Shown: positions 1 through 8,908 of the stretch, one piece after another
Layout: each line of letters begins with the position of its first letter
Position numbering within the stretch: the stretch's first letter is position 1
DNA from: an uncultured bacterium
GTDB lineage: Bacteria > Planctomycetota > UBA1135 > GCA-002686595
Assembly (NCBI GenBank): GCA_943787795.1
Contig: CALSNU010000003.1
Coordinates: 288,001-352,000, forward strand
DNA length: 64,000 nt
Direction of reading: 5' to 3'
Notes under the pieces: model-generated
Told to the model about the DNA's origin: nothing
The model's database searches: none
What the model saw: the letters and a program-made list of their open reading frames with translations, nothing else
Translations under genes and position numbers: made by a program

Positions 1-41
1 CCCGCGAGGGCGAAGGTCAGGAGGTAAGCGAGGATCTTCAT
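1..41 (-). CDS. 5' end of a probable secreted protein (runs off the window)
   Basis: Reverse strand reads ATG AAG ATC CTC GCT TAC CTC CTG ACC TTC GCC CTC GCG = MKILAYLLTFALA, a signal-peptide-like start. Confidence 0.55.
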   Translation of the reverse strand, partial: MKILAYLLTFALA

Positions 42-521
42 GGGCGAGCAGGCGTCGGGCAGCGGTGGATGTGGCTTTCCGCAGCCGTACCCTCAGGTGT
101 ATCTGGTTCTTATCCATTCAGGTAAGTGCAAACCCGTATTTCATGTTTGCGGCCCTCCGATCATCGCCCAGCAGCGTGGCTTCGCCCTTTGCCTGGCACT
201 ATTCCCGCTCGCTGGGTCGCGCCATGTGGCGCGCTGGGGCCCTTGCGGTCGGTCGGCCTGGAAGGGGCTCGCAGTGCAAAGGCGGTCGCCGCGAGGCGCT
301 GATTCTGATGTCGGTAATGAGTCCGACCTCGCCTGGCTAGGAGCGGGCGGCGGGTCTCGAGTGGGCCACTTGTGGGCTCCGGTCATGGCTCCTTGGGTAG
401 GGCGACGGGCTCGGTAGACCTGCTGGACGCCTCTCTCAGGACATGCGCCCGTTCCAATGGCCCTGTGAGCGAGCGCGACGCCCGGATCTCCGGGCTGGCC
501 GGTCGCGCCACCGTGGCTGCT

Positions 522-1118
522 CTAGCGCGCGAGGTGGCCGAGGAGGTCGTACTGGTCGATGTCGAATCGCGAGCCCTGGCCGTTCCACTGGATGGTGCCC
601 ATGTGGGCGCGGTGGGTGCCGTCGGCGCGGTCGGCGGCGTAGAGGCGCAGGGCGGTGGCGACGCTCGGGAAGGCGAGGTCGGCCCAGGGGATCTCGTCGA
701 GGTCCACCAGCTTGACCTCGCTGGACTCCTCGCCGGGGCCAAAATGCCTGCCCACCAGCCGCGCCCGGTAGACCATGTAGAGCTGGCTGATGTGCGGGAT
801 GTCGAGGGCCGCGTGGAGGCCGAGGATCTCGACCTCGGCGTCAGACTCTTCCAGGGTCTCCCGCGCCGCGCCCGCCGGCGAGGACTCGTTGCACTCCAGG
901 TATCCCGCCGGGAAGGTCCAGCGGCCGAGGGCCGGCTCGATGGCGCGCTTGCAGAGGAGCAGCTGGTCGCCGGCCTCCACGATGCAGCCCACCACCACGT
1001 TGGGGTTCACGTAGCGGATGTGCCCGCAGCTCGTACACACCGCGCGCTCGCGGTTGTCGCCCTCGGGGATCCGCGGCTCGGTGGGCGAGCCGCACTCGGT
1101 GCAGAAAGAGCCAGCCAT
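522..1118 (-). CDS. NUDIX hydrolase with N-terminal zinc ribbon
   Basis: C-terminal part of ORF 522..2063 from MAGSF; CTEC...CTSC ribbon; Nudix box GYLECNESSPAGAARETLEE; ATG overlaps the upstream stop (TGATG). Confidence 0.9.
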   Translation of the reverse strand: MAGSFCTECGSPTEPRIPEGDNRERAVCTSCGHIRYVNPNVVVGCIVEAGDQLLLCKRAIEPALGRWTFPAGYLECNESSPAGAARETLEESDAEVEILGLHAALDIPHISQLYMVYRARLVGRHFGPGEESSEVKLVDLDEIPWADLAFPSVATALRLYAADRADGTHRAHMGTIQWNGQGSRFDIDQYDLLGHLAR

Positions 1119-2239
1119 CACACGCGGAGGAAGATCCGCCGTCGCCAGAGGACGTAGAGCAGGCCCCACTGGAGGGAGAGTGCCAGGAGCGGAACGAGGG
1201 CCTCGGACATGCGCCCGGTCTCGAGGGCGCGGCCGCAGAGGACCGCGACGAGGCCGTTGTAGTCCACGTAGGCGCTCAGGAGGTAGGCGAGGATGGCGTT
1301 GGCACCGACGACGGAGAAGAAGAAGCCGAGGCGGGGAGCGCCGATCACGTCGAAGATCAGGTGGAAGAGGCCGAGGAGCACGAGGCTCCAGCCGCCCGCC
1401 ACGAGCACGAAGCTCGCGGTCCACAGGTTCTTGTTCACGGGCAGTCCCGCGGCGTCCAGGAGCCATCCCAGGAGCAGGCACTGCAGGCCGGCTGCCAGAA
1501 GCCAGCCCACCCGCCGCCGGTCGGGCACGTCCTGCCGGCGGAGCCAGCGCCCCGCGAAGGAGCCGAGCAGCGCGGTGCCAATGGCCGAGAGGACCCCGAA
1601 GAGCCCCTCGGGATCCCGGTCGACCATGTGGAGGCGCCCCGGCACGGTCATGCGGTCGAAGAGGTCCCCGAACGTCTGGCCGGGCTCGAGGCTGGGGGCG
1701 TCGAGGCCCTGCGCAGCGGGGATGAGGAGCAGGGCGGCGGAGTGCGCGGCGAGCACGAGCCCGAAGGCGATGGCCTGCCCGCGGAGGCTCAGGAAGAGGA
1801 CCGCGAGGGCGGCGCCGGCCCAGGCGAGGCCGATGCGCCCGAGGACGCTCGCGTAGCGCAGGCCCTCGAGCTCGAGGGAGAGCAGCCCGTTGTAGACGAC
1901 GCCCAGGAACACCAGCAGCGCCGCACGGCGCGCCGTGTGGAGGGCGAGGGTGGCCCGCGTGTCGCCGCGCTCCAGCCTCCGGTCGAAGGAGAGGGGCATG
2001 GAGGCCCCCGCCAGGAACAGGAACAGGGGGAAGATCAGGTCCCAAGCGGTGAAGCCGTTCCACTCGGGGTGGTGCGCCTGGGCGTCGAGGGCGTCGTGGA
2101 GGCCGCCCAGTCCGAACGCGAGGCAGAGGGCAAGCACCACCTCCCGGAGGCCCAGGATCATCATCATGTCGAGGCCCCTGAGGGCGTCGATGGAGAGGAT
2201 CCGCCGCGGTGCGGTCGAGTCTTGGGGGGCTTCGTTCAT
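1118..2239 (-). CDS. HGSNAT/NagX-like (DUF5009-type) membrane acyltransferase/transporter
   Basis: RILSIDALRG, WNGFTAWDLIFPLFLF, SVLGRIG, DPEG, PVNKNLWT motifs; many TM segments. Confidence 0.85.
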   Translation of the reverse strand: MNEAPQDSTAPRRILSIDALRGLDMMMILGLREVVLALCLAFGLGGLHDALDAQAHHPEWNGFTAWDLIFPLFLFLAGASMPLSFDRRLERGDTRATLALHTARRAALLVFLGVVYNGLLSLELEGLRYASVLGRIGLAWAGAALAVLFLSLRGQAIAFGLVLAAHSAALLLIPAAQGLDAPSLEPGQTFGDLFDRMTVPGRLHMVDRDPEGLFGVLSAIGTALLGSFAGRWLRRQDVPDRRRVGWLLAAGLQCLLLGWLLDAAGLPVNKNLWTASFVLVAGGWSLVLLGLFHLIFDVIGAPRLGFFFSVVGANAILAYLLSAYVDYNGLVAVLCGRALETGRMSEALVPLLALSLQWGLLYVLWRRRIFLRV

Positions 2240-2249
2240 CGCGGGTTCG

Positions 2250-3284
2250 TCAGCGGGAGGCGTTGGTGCCCGCGGACGAGCTGTACTCGCGCTCGGGGAA
2301 GGCGGGATCCTGGAGCTGGACGAACCAGTCCGCAGCGCGCGCTGCGGCGAGGGGCGGCGAGACGTCGAAGAGCCAGTACTCCTCCACGTCCCCGGCGCCG
2401 ATGTAGCCCAGCATGGTGCCCTGGCTGAGGTGCTGGGCGATGGCGACGCTGGCGATGGCCTTGAGGGTCAGGCGGTCCCGGTGGCCAAACGGTTGGTTGC
2501 GGTCGACCGTGAAAGGGGCCGGCGTCGCGCGGAGGGCGGTCAGGTCCTGCCCTTCTGCTCCGGCGTCGACGAGGACGGGCGGCACCCCGATGTCCTCGGC
2601 GTCCGCCGCCTTGACCTGGCAACACAGGGCGATCGCTCGATCGGCCTCGGGCATGCGCGCGACCGCCTCGAGGGCCAGCAGGCTCGCGGCCTGGTGGTGG
2701 CCGTGGGTGGTGGCGGTGGGCGCGAGGGTCACGACGAAGTCGTACCGCTCGTCAGCGAGGCGCCGGTCGAGGCTGGCGCGCACGGCGGCGAGGTCCCAGA
2801 CCCCCGCGTCCTCTGCCAGGACCTCCATGCGGTCCTGGGTGTAGCGGTGGTCGGTCTGCTGGAGTCGCACGAGCATGCGCGCTCCCAGGAGCTCCAGGGA
2901 GCGCCGCTGCTCCTCGCGCCGGATGGCGGGGAGCTCGCGGCGCCCGACCTCCTCCTCTGTGAGGGGCATGCCGTGCAGCGCCTCGGCGAAGCTCGCGTAC
3001 TTGAACCCCCCCTGGCCGTCCGTGATCGTGAGTACGTCGCAGGCGCCGCCCAGTCGCGCGCCCGTGAGATAGAGGGCGCCCGTTGCCACCAGCTCGTCAT
3101 CGGGATGCGCGACGACCACCAGCACCTTCGGGGCCTCATCGGTGAGGGGCTCGAAGCTGGCGCGGTTGAGGCGGATCTCCTCCTCTGCGGCGGGCGAGGC
3201 GCAGGCGGCGGCGAGGAGCAGCGCCAGGATCGCCACGCGGCGAGGCGCCGGGAGAGCCGGGTGGGGAGCGAGGAGGTGAGTCAC
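2250..3284 (-). CDS. PIG-L/LmbE family N-deacetylase, probable lipoprotein
   Basis: VVAHPDDE, TDGQGG, RREE and HGHH motifs; hydrophobic stretch ending LAAAC; start uncertain. Confidence 0.85.
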   Translation of the reverse strand: MTHLLAPHPALPAPRRVAILALLLAAACASPAAEEEIRLNRASFEPLTDEAPKVLVVVAHPDDELVATGALYLTGARLGGACDVLTITDGQGGFKYASFAEALHGMPLTEEEVGRRELPAIRREEQRRSLELLGARMLVRLQQTDHRYTQDRMEVLAEDAGVWDLAAVRASLDRRLADERYDFVVTLAPTATTHGHHQAASLLALEAVARMPEADRAIALCCQVKAADAEDIGVPPVLVDAGAEGQDLTALRATPAPFTVDRNQPFGHRDRLTLKAIASVAIAQHLSQGTMLGYIGAGDVEEYWLFDVSPPLAAARAADWFVQLQDPAFPEREYSSSAGTNASR

Positions 3285-3305
3285 AGGGCGTGGTGGAGAG
3301 CACAG

Positions 3306-3315
3306 AAGGTACCTT
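3306..3315. promoter_or_regulatory. Palindromic bidirectional -10 element candidate (AAGGTACCTT)
   Basis: Reads TACCTT on both strands in the 44-bp gap between divergent starts at 3284 (-) and 3329 (+). Confidence 0.5.
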
Positions 3316-3328
3316 GGGCGTCACCTCC

Positions 3329-5488
3329 ATGCTCCTCTCCAGCGCCCTCTGCCTCGTTACCTCGCCCGCGGTCCACGCTGCGGCTCCTCAGGACACCCCT
3401 GACCTCGCGCCGCTCGCGCCGGTCCCCGTCCAGCGCCAGCTCGACTGGCATGACCGGCGCTTCTACGCCTTCATCCACTTCGGGCCCAACACCTTCACCG
3501 CGGTCGAGTGGGGCGGCGGCCAGGAGGACCCAGAGGTCTTCCAGCCTGGAGAGATGGACGCGCGGCAGTGGGTGCGCGCCTTCAAGACGGCCGGCATGAG
3601 CGGGGTGGTCATCACCGCCAAGCACCACGACGGGTTCTGCCTCTGGCCCTCGGCGGTCACCGAGCACGACGTTGCGTCCTCGAGCTGGCGCGGCGGTGAG
3701 GGCGACGTCCTCGCCGACCTCTCGGAGGCCTGCGCCGCGGAGGGGCTGTGGCTGGGCGTGTACCTGTCCCCGTGGGATCGCCACGAGGCGTGCTACGGCA
3801 CCGGCGAGGCCTACGACGATCACTTCGTGACGCAGCTCACGGAGGTCCTCACTGGCTACGGGCCCATCAAGGAGGTGTGGTTCGACGGCGCCTGCGGGGA
3901 GGGGCCCAACGGCAAGCGTCAGGTCTACGACTGGCCGCGCTACATCGCCACGGTGCGCGAGCACCAGCCGGACGCGGTGATCTTCTCGGACGCCGGCCCG
4001 GACGTGCGCTGGTGCGGGAACGAACGCGCCATCGGGGGCGAGACCAACTGGGCCACCCTGCGGCGGGATGAGATCTCGGTGGGGACCTCGAAGACCGCGG
4101 AGCTCAACCGCGGCCACGCGGACGGGACCCACTGGGTGCCAGCCGAGTTCAACACCTCGATCCGGCCGGGCTGGTTCTGGAAGGCGGGGCTCGACGACGG
4201 GGTGAAGAGCCTGGACGTGCTCATGGAGACTTACCGCGCGTCCGTGGGGCGCGGCGGGAACTTCCTCCTGAACATCCCCCCCGACGACCGAGGGCTCATC
4301 ACGGACACCGACGTGGCGCGGCTTGCCGCCCTGGGTGAGGTGCTCGATGCGACCTACGGGCGCTGCGCGTTAGCCGCCCTCGCCGAGGGGGGCGGGGTCG
4401 TGGCACGGGCCTCGAACGTGCGCGGCGGCGAGGCCCGCTTCGCTGCCAGCCAGGTCCTCGACCCTGGCCGTGACACCTTCTGGGCGGTGGACGATGACCA
4501 TGACCCGGGGGGCCCCGTGCGCGCCTGGGCCGAGTGGGACCTCGCCTCCCCTGTGACGTTCGACGAGGTCTGGCTGGGGGAGCCCATCCAGCTAGGTCAG
4601 CGGGTCGAGCGCTTCCGGGTCCTGTGCCGCGGTCCGGAGGGGAGGTGGAAGCCCATCGGCGCTGGCACCACCATCGGCCCCGCCCGAGGGCTCACGGTGG
4701 GAGAGCAGACCACCACCGGGCTCCGGGTGGAGATCCTCGGGAGCCAGGCGGCGCCGGCGCTCTCGCGGGTGTCCCTCTACCTCTCGCCGCCCCGGGTCGC
4801 CATCGAGCCCGCCGGCGCGGTGGCCGTGTCGCCGGTGGAGGTCTCTGTCTCCACCCGGCTCGGCGCGGTCGCCCGCTACACCCTCGACGGCTCCGAACCG
4901 ACCGCAGAGTCCCCCGTTGCAGAGGGGCCCGTGAGAGTAGACCGCTCGCTGACCCTGCGCGCCCGGGCCTTCGACGGGCGCGGCGCGAGCCCCTTCCCCG
5001 CCCAGGCCAGCTACCGCGTCCTGGGACCCGACGAGTGGAAGGCCGCCACCCAGTTCCTCGTCCCGCCTGCCCAGGGGCTGCGCGCGAGGCTCTACGAGGG
5101 AGGCTGGCAGACCCTTGATCAGATGGAGGGTCGGGCGCCCGTGGAGACCCGTGACGCCGTGACCTTCGACATCGGCCTCGCCACGCGCTCCGAGCAGTGC
5201 GCCATCGCCTTCGAGGGCTTCGTGAACGTGCCGGAGGATGGCCTGTTCACTTTCGCGACGCGATCCGATGACGGCAGCCGACTGTTCATCGACGGAGAGC
5301 TCGTTGTGGAGAACGACGGGCTGCACGGCATGGACCGCCGCGCGGGCAAGATCGCTCTGCGAGCGGGGTACCACGCTCTGAGAGTGGAGTGGTTCAACTC
5401 CCGCGGCGGCGCGGGCCTCGAGGTCCGCTGGGCGGGGCCCGGGATCGGCGCCGAGGTCGCGATCCCTGACGACGCTCTCTTCCGCTAG
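3329..5488 (+). CDS. Alpha-L-fucosidase (GH29) with F5/8-type, Fn3-associated and PA14 domains
   Basis: FIHFGPNTF, TAKHHDGFCLW, YLSPWD, WFDGA, SIRPGWF, LLNIPP; RYTLDGSEP; SDDGSRLFIDG/NDGLHG (PA14); signal peptide from MLLSS. Confidence 0.93.
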   Translation: MLLSSALCLVTSPAVHAAAPQDTPDLAPLAPVPVQRQLDWHDRRFYAFIHFGPNTFTAVEWGGGQEDPEVFQPGEMDARQWVRAFKTAGMSGVVITAKHHDGFCLWPSAVTEHDVASSSWRGGEGDVLADLSEACAAEGLWLGVYLSPWDRHEACYGTGEAYDDHFVTQLTEVLTGYGPIKEVWFDGACGEGPNGKRQVYDWPRYIATVREHQPDAVIFSDAGPDVRWCGNERAIGGETNWATLRRDEISVGTSKTAELNRGHADGTHWVPAEFNTSIRPGWFWKAGLDDGVKSLDVLMETYRASVGRGGNFLLNIPPDDRGLITDTDVARLAALGEVLDATYGRCALAALAEGGGVVARASNVRGGEARFAASQVLDPGRDTFWAVDDDHDPGGPVRAWAEWDLASPVTFDEVWLGEPIQLGQRVERFRVLCRGPEGRWKPIGAGTTIGPARGLTVGEQTTTGLRVEILGSQAAPALSRVSLYLSPPRVAIEPAGAVAVSPVEVSVSTRLGAVARYTLDGSEPTAESPVAEGPVRVDRSLTLRARAFDGRGASPFPAQASYRVLGPDEWKAATQFLVPPAQGLRARLYEGGWQTLDQMEGRAPVETRDAVTFDIGLATRSEQCAIAFEGFVNVPEDGLFTFATRSDDGSRLFIDGELVVENDGLHGMDRRAGKIALRAGYHALRVEWFNSRGGAGLEVRWAGPGIGAEVAIPDDALFR

Positions 5489-5541
5489 ACCCGGGTCCCG
5501 AGCCGCCGACTGTCTTCCACCGAACCCTGACGCCCTGCCCC

Positions 5542-7356
5542 ATGCTCCTCGCTCTCCCGCTCCTCCTCCTCACGTCCCAGGCGGGGGCTCCTGCGCCAGA
5601 CGTCACGGACCCCATGACCCTGCGGGTGGTGGCCTTCGGAGACTCCTTCACCTCCCAGCGCCGAGACGCCAAGACGCCCTGGCCTGCGCGGCTGGACGCG
5701 CTCCTCGAGGCTCGCTACCCGGACATGCGCATCGAGGTCGAGAACGCAGGCCGCCCCGGAGATACCTCGTCGTCGGCCCTGCGCCGCCTGGGAAGGGACG
5801 TGCTCAGCCGAGACGCTGACGTTGTGGTGATCCAGTTTGGTGTCAACGACTCGGTGGTGGACATCCCGCGGGGAGAGGACTTTCCGGCCATCGCTCCCGG
5901 GGCGTATCGCTCGAACCTCATCGACATGATCACCACCGTGCGCGGCGCGGACTCCGACGTGATCCTGCTCCAGCCCTCGGCCACCATGTGGACCGACGCC
6001 CTGCGGGAGAGCCATGGGAGCTATCCCTACGGCGTCGAGGACCCCTGGGGCTTCGACCGCATGGTCGAGTCCTATGCGGAGGTCGCGCGGCGGACCGCAG
6101 GCAGCCAGCGGGTGCCCCTGGTGGCGGTGCACGACGCGGACCGCGCGCGCGGGCCTGTGGCCACTTCGGCCTTGCGCACGGACGGCTGGCACCCCACGGA
6201 TGAGGCGAGCGCGTTCCAGGCGCAGGCCGTGTTCGACGCGCTGGTGGCGCGGATCGAGAGCGGGGACGCGAAGGCGCGCCGCCTCTCAGAGCACGCTGCG
6301 CCCTCCCGCGGATGGACTGTGCCCGAGCTGGACCTCGCCGGCGATGAGGATCGCCTGGTGATGGTGGACCGCGACCCGGGCCAGTACCTCGGCCACCCGA
6401 CCACCTACCTGCTGGACGACGGCCGCACGATGCTCTGCGTGTACCCCAAGGGGCACGGGAAGGGCGGCATCTGCATGAAGCGGTCGGAGGACGGCGGGCT
6501 CACCTGGAGTGAGCGCCTCCCGCTCCCCGAGTCGTTCAAGACGTCCATGGAGGTCCCGGTCATCGAGCGCATCACCTCGCAGGACGGGGAGGCCTCCAAC
6601 CTGATCCTGTGGTCGGGGCTCTTCCCCGCCCGGCGCGCGCTCTCCTCCGACGACGGCCGCACCTGGACCGAGCTCGAGCCCGTGGGCGGCGACGCGCCCT
6701 GGGGCGGCATCGTGGTCATGGGGGATCACCAGCGCATGGCCGACGGGCGCACCTGCGCGTGGTTCCACGACGATGGCCGGTTCTTCGGGCCGGGGGGCAA
6801 CTGGTCGGGCTTCACCGTCTACCAGACCGAGTCCATCGACGCCGGCGTCACCTGGTCCGCACCGCGGGCCATCAGCCGCTGGCCCCACGGGCACCTCTGC
6901 GAGCCGGGCGTGATCCGCCGCGACGGGCGTACCGTCCTCCTGCTCCGGGAGAACAGCCGTCAGCGCAACAGCCAGTTCATCGAGTCCACCGACGATGGCC
7001 GCACCTGGTCCGCGCCGCGGCCCCTCTCCGGCGCCCTCACCGGCGACCGCCACCAGGTCCTCGAGCTGCCGGACGGGCGGCTCTTCATCAGCTATCGGGA
7101 CACAGGCCTCGATAGCCCGCGCTGGGGGGACTGGGTCGCCTGGGTGGGCACCTTCGAGGACGTGGTCTCCGGAGGCCAGGGGGACCTCCGCCTGCGCCTG
7201 ATGGACAACCTCGTCCGCGCCGACTGCGCCTACCCCGCCCTGGAGCTCCTGGAGGATGGCACCCTCGTCGCCACCACCTACGGCCACTGGACCGAGGGAG
7301 CGCCGCCCTGGATCGCCTCGGTGCGGATCGGCCTGGACGATCTGAAGGCCCCCTGA
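5542..7356 (+). CDS. SGNH/GDSL esterase fused to BNR/Asp-box sialidase-like domain
   Basis: GDS, NAGRPGDT, FGVND, DGWHP blocks; Asp boxes SEDGGLTW, SSDDGRTW, SIDAGVTW, STDDGRTW; signal peptide. Confidence 0.85.
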   Translation: MLLALPLLLLTSQAGAPAPDVTDPMTLRVVAFGDSFTSQRRDAKTPWPARLDALLEARYPDMRIEVENAGRPGDTSSSALRRLGRDVLSRDADVVVIQFGVNDSVVDIPRGEDFPAIAPGAYRSNLIDMITTVRGADSDVILLQPSATMWTDALRESHGSYPYGVEDPWGFDRMVESYAEVARRTAGSQRVPLVAVHDADRARGPVATSALRTDGWHPTDEASAFQAQAVFDALVARIESGDAKARRLSEHAAPSRGWTVPELDLAGDEDRLVMVDRDPGQYLGHPTTYLLDDGRTMLCVYPKGHGKGGICMKRSEDGGLTWSERLPLPESFKTSMEVPVIERITSQDGEASNLILWSGLFPARRALSSDDGRTWTELEPVGGDAPWGGIVVMGDHQRMADGRTCAWFHDDGRFFGPGGNWSGFTVYQTESIDAGVTWSAPRAISRWPHGHLCEPGVIRRDGRTVLLLRENSRQRNSQFIESTDDGRTWSAPRPLSGALTGDRHQVLELPDGRLFISYRDTGLDSPRWGDWVAWVGTFEDVVSGGQGDLRLRLMDNLVRADCAYPALELLEDGTLVATTYGHWTEGAPPWIASVRIGLDDLKAP

Positions 7357-7418
7357 GGGCCTGTCTCGCTCCAGGGGGCATCCGGATTGCGCGGGTTCGG
7401 TTTGGCCCGGGCAAGGGC

Positions 7419-7424
7419 TAGAGT
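7419..7424 (+). promoter_or_regulatory. -10 element candidate for a leaderless alkB transcript
   Basis: TAGAGT 6 nt upstream of ATG 7431. Confidence 0.55.
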
Positions 7425-7430
7425 GGGGGC

Positions 7431-8474
7431 ATGTCCCGCCTGCTATTCGCCATCGCCTATCTGCTCCCGGTGGTCCACCTGGCTGCCCTGGAGCTGCGCG
7501 GGCCGTGGGTTTGGCTGCCGCTCGCGTACGTGTTCGGGCTGATCCCGCTCGGGGATCGCCTGGTGGGCGCAGCACGCGACGATGATGCGGAGGCCGACGC
7601 CCGGCCGAAGGAGTCCCGGATCCACGACCTGTGGCTGGAGCTGTGGGCGCCCATGCAGCTGGCGGTCCTGGCCTGGACGATGGTGCAGATCCACACGCGG
7701 CCGCCGGTCGGGTACGAGTGGGTTGGCCTCGGCCTCTCCATGGGGCTGGTCACCGGGGCGGGCGGCATCAACGTCGCCCACGAGCTGATGCACCGCAGCA
7801 AGCTCGCCCACCGGGGCCTCGGCGAGCTGCTGATGACCAGCGTCTTCTACGCTCACTTCTGCGTGGAGCACGTGCTCGGCCACCACAAGAACGCGGCCAC
7901 GCCCCAGGACCCTGCCACCTCTCGCCGCGGCGAGTGGGTGTACGCCTTCTGGGTCCGCTCCATCGTGCAGTCCTTGCCCAGCGCCTGGCGCCTCGAGGCG
8001 CGGCGGGTGGAGAAGCACGGGATCACGTGGACGCTGCGGGACCGGCGGCTGCGGATGGTCCTGAGCCAGCTCGCGCTCGCCGGTGGGCTCCTTTGGTTCT
8101 TCGGGCCGGCGGGCTTCGCCTTCTACGCGGGCCAGGCCCTCTTCGGCGTGCTGCTGCTTGAAACCGTGGACTACATCGAGCACTACGGGCTCACGCGCAA
8201 GGAGCTCAGCCCCGGCCGCTACGAACGGGTGCAGCCCCACCACTCGTGGAACAGCAGCCACGTGGTGAGCAGCGCCCACCTGTTTCAGCTCCCCCGGCAC
8301 TCGGACCATCACGCGAACGCCAGCCGTCCCTACCACCGGCTGCGCACCCTCCCCGGCGAGGCGCCGCTGCTCCCCGCGGGCTATCCGGCGATGATGCTCA
8401 CGGCCCTGGTGCCCCCGCTCTTCTTCCAGCGGGTTGACCCGCTGCTCGACGCGGGCGCCGGTCGGCCGACTTGA
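7431..8474 (+). CDS. alkB: Alkane 1-monooxygenase (AlkB family membrane di-iron hydroxylase)
   Basis: His boxes HELMH, EHVLGHH, DYIEHYG, RHSDHH; ATPQDPATSR; LPAGYP; TM helices. Confidence 0.88.
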   Translation: MSRLLFAIAYLLPVVHLAALELRGPWVWLPLAYVFGLIPLGDRLVGAARDDDAEADARPKESRIHDLWLELWAPMQLAVLAWTMVQIHTRPPVGYEWVGLGLSMGLVTGAGGINVAHELMHRSKLAHRGLGELLMTSVFYAHFCVEHVLGHHKNAATPQDPATSRRGEWVYAFWVRSIVQSLPSAWRLEARRVEKHGITWTLRDRRLRMVLSQLALAGGLLWFFGPAGFAFYAGQALFGVLLLETVDYIEHYGLTRKELSPGRYERVQPHHSWNSSHVVSSAHLFQLPRHSDHHANASRPYHRLRTLPGEAPLLPAGYPAMMLTALVPPLFFQRVDPLLDAGAGRPT

Positions 8475-8908
8475 CCCGCTTCATCGGCTAGATGGGTCAC
8501 GGCCTCTCTGGCCACGGGCGGCGTTCACTCCGGAATGAGGACCGGGTAGGTCCCAAGCTCTGGAATCCAGCGCAGCCGCGGCCGATGCCTGGCGGATCTG
8601 CTGGGGTTCGGTTTGCCATCGGGCACGAGCGCGCCGAGGCCGTCGAGAGCACACGGCTGGAGCTGCTCGTTCAGGTGCTGGAGATGAGCGGCCGATCTAT
8701 ACCGGTTCGGCCCAGCCTCTCGAGCGGCTCGCGCCCGAGCGCCTTGCTCATGCGGAGGACCAGCGCGCCCACGGGCACCTTCCGGCTCCGGCCCTCAGGG
8801 GCTGGAGTGCCCTCCGACGCCAGCCGGTGAAGGCGCTCGCCTGCGGGCCGCACTCCGGGCGGTGGCGGCAAGGCAGCACAAGTGACCGCGCCAGCGGCCG
8901 CTCCACGG

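Noticed and set aside
194..209. Sigma-54-like TGGCAC-N7-GC
   Set aside because: Lacks TTGC and points toward no plus-strand gene
40..520. Short ORFs 40..417, 65..340 and 141..386
   Set aside because: No recognisable motifs and atypical composition; more likely a regulatory or intergenic region
8475..8908. Small ORFs between alkB and the TMEM43-like gene
   Set aside because: No coding signature or motifs on either strand
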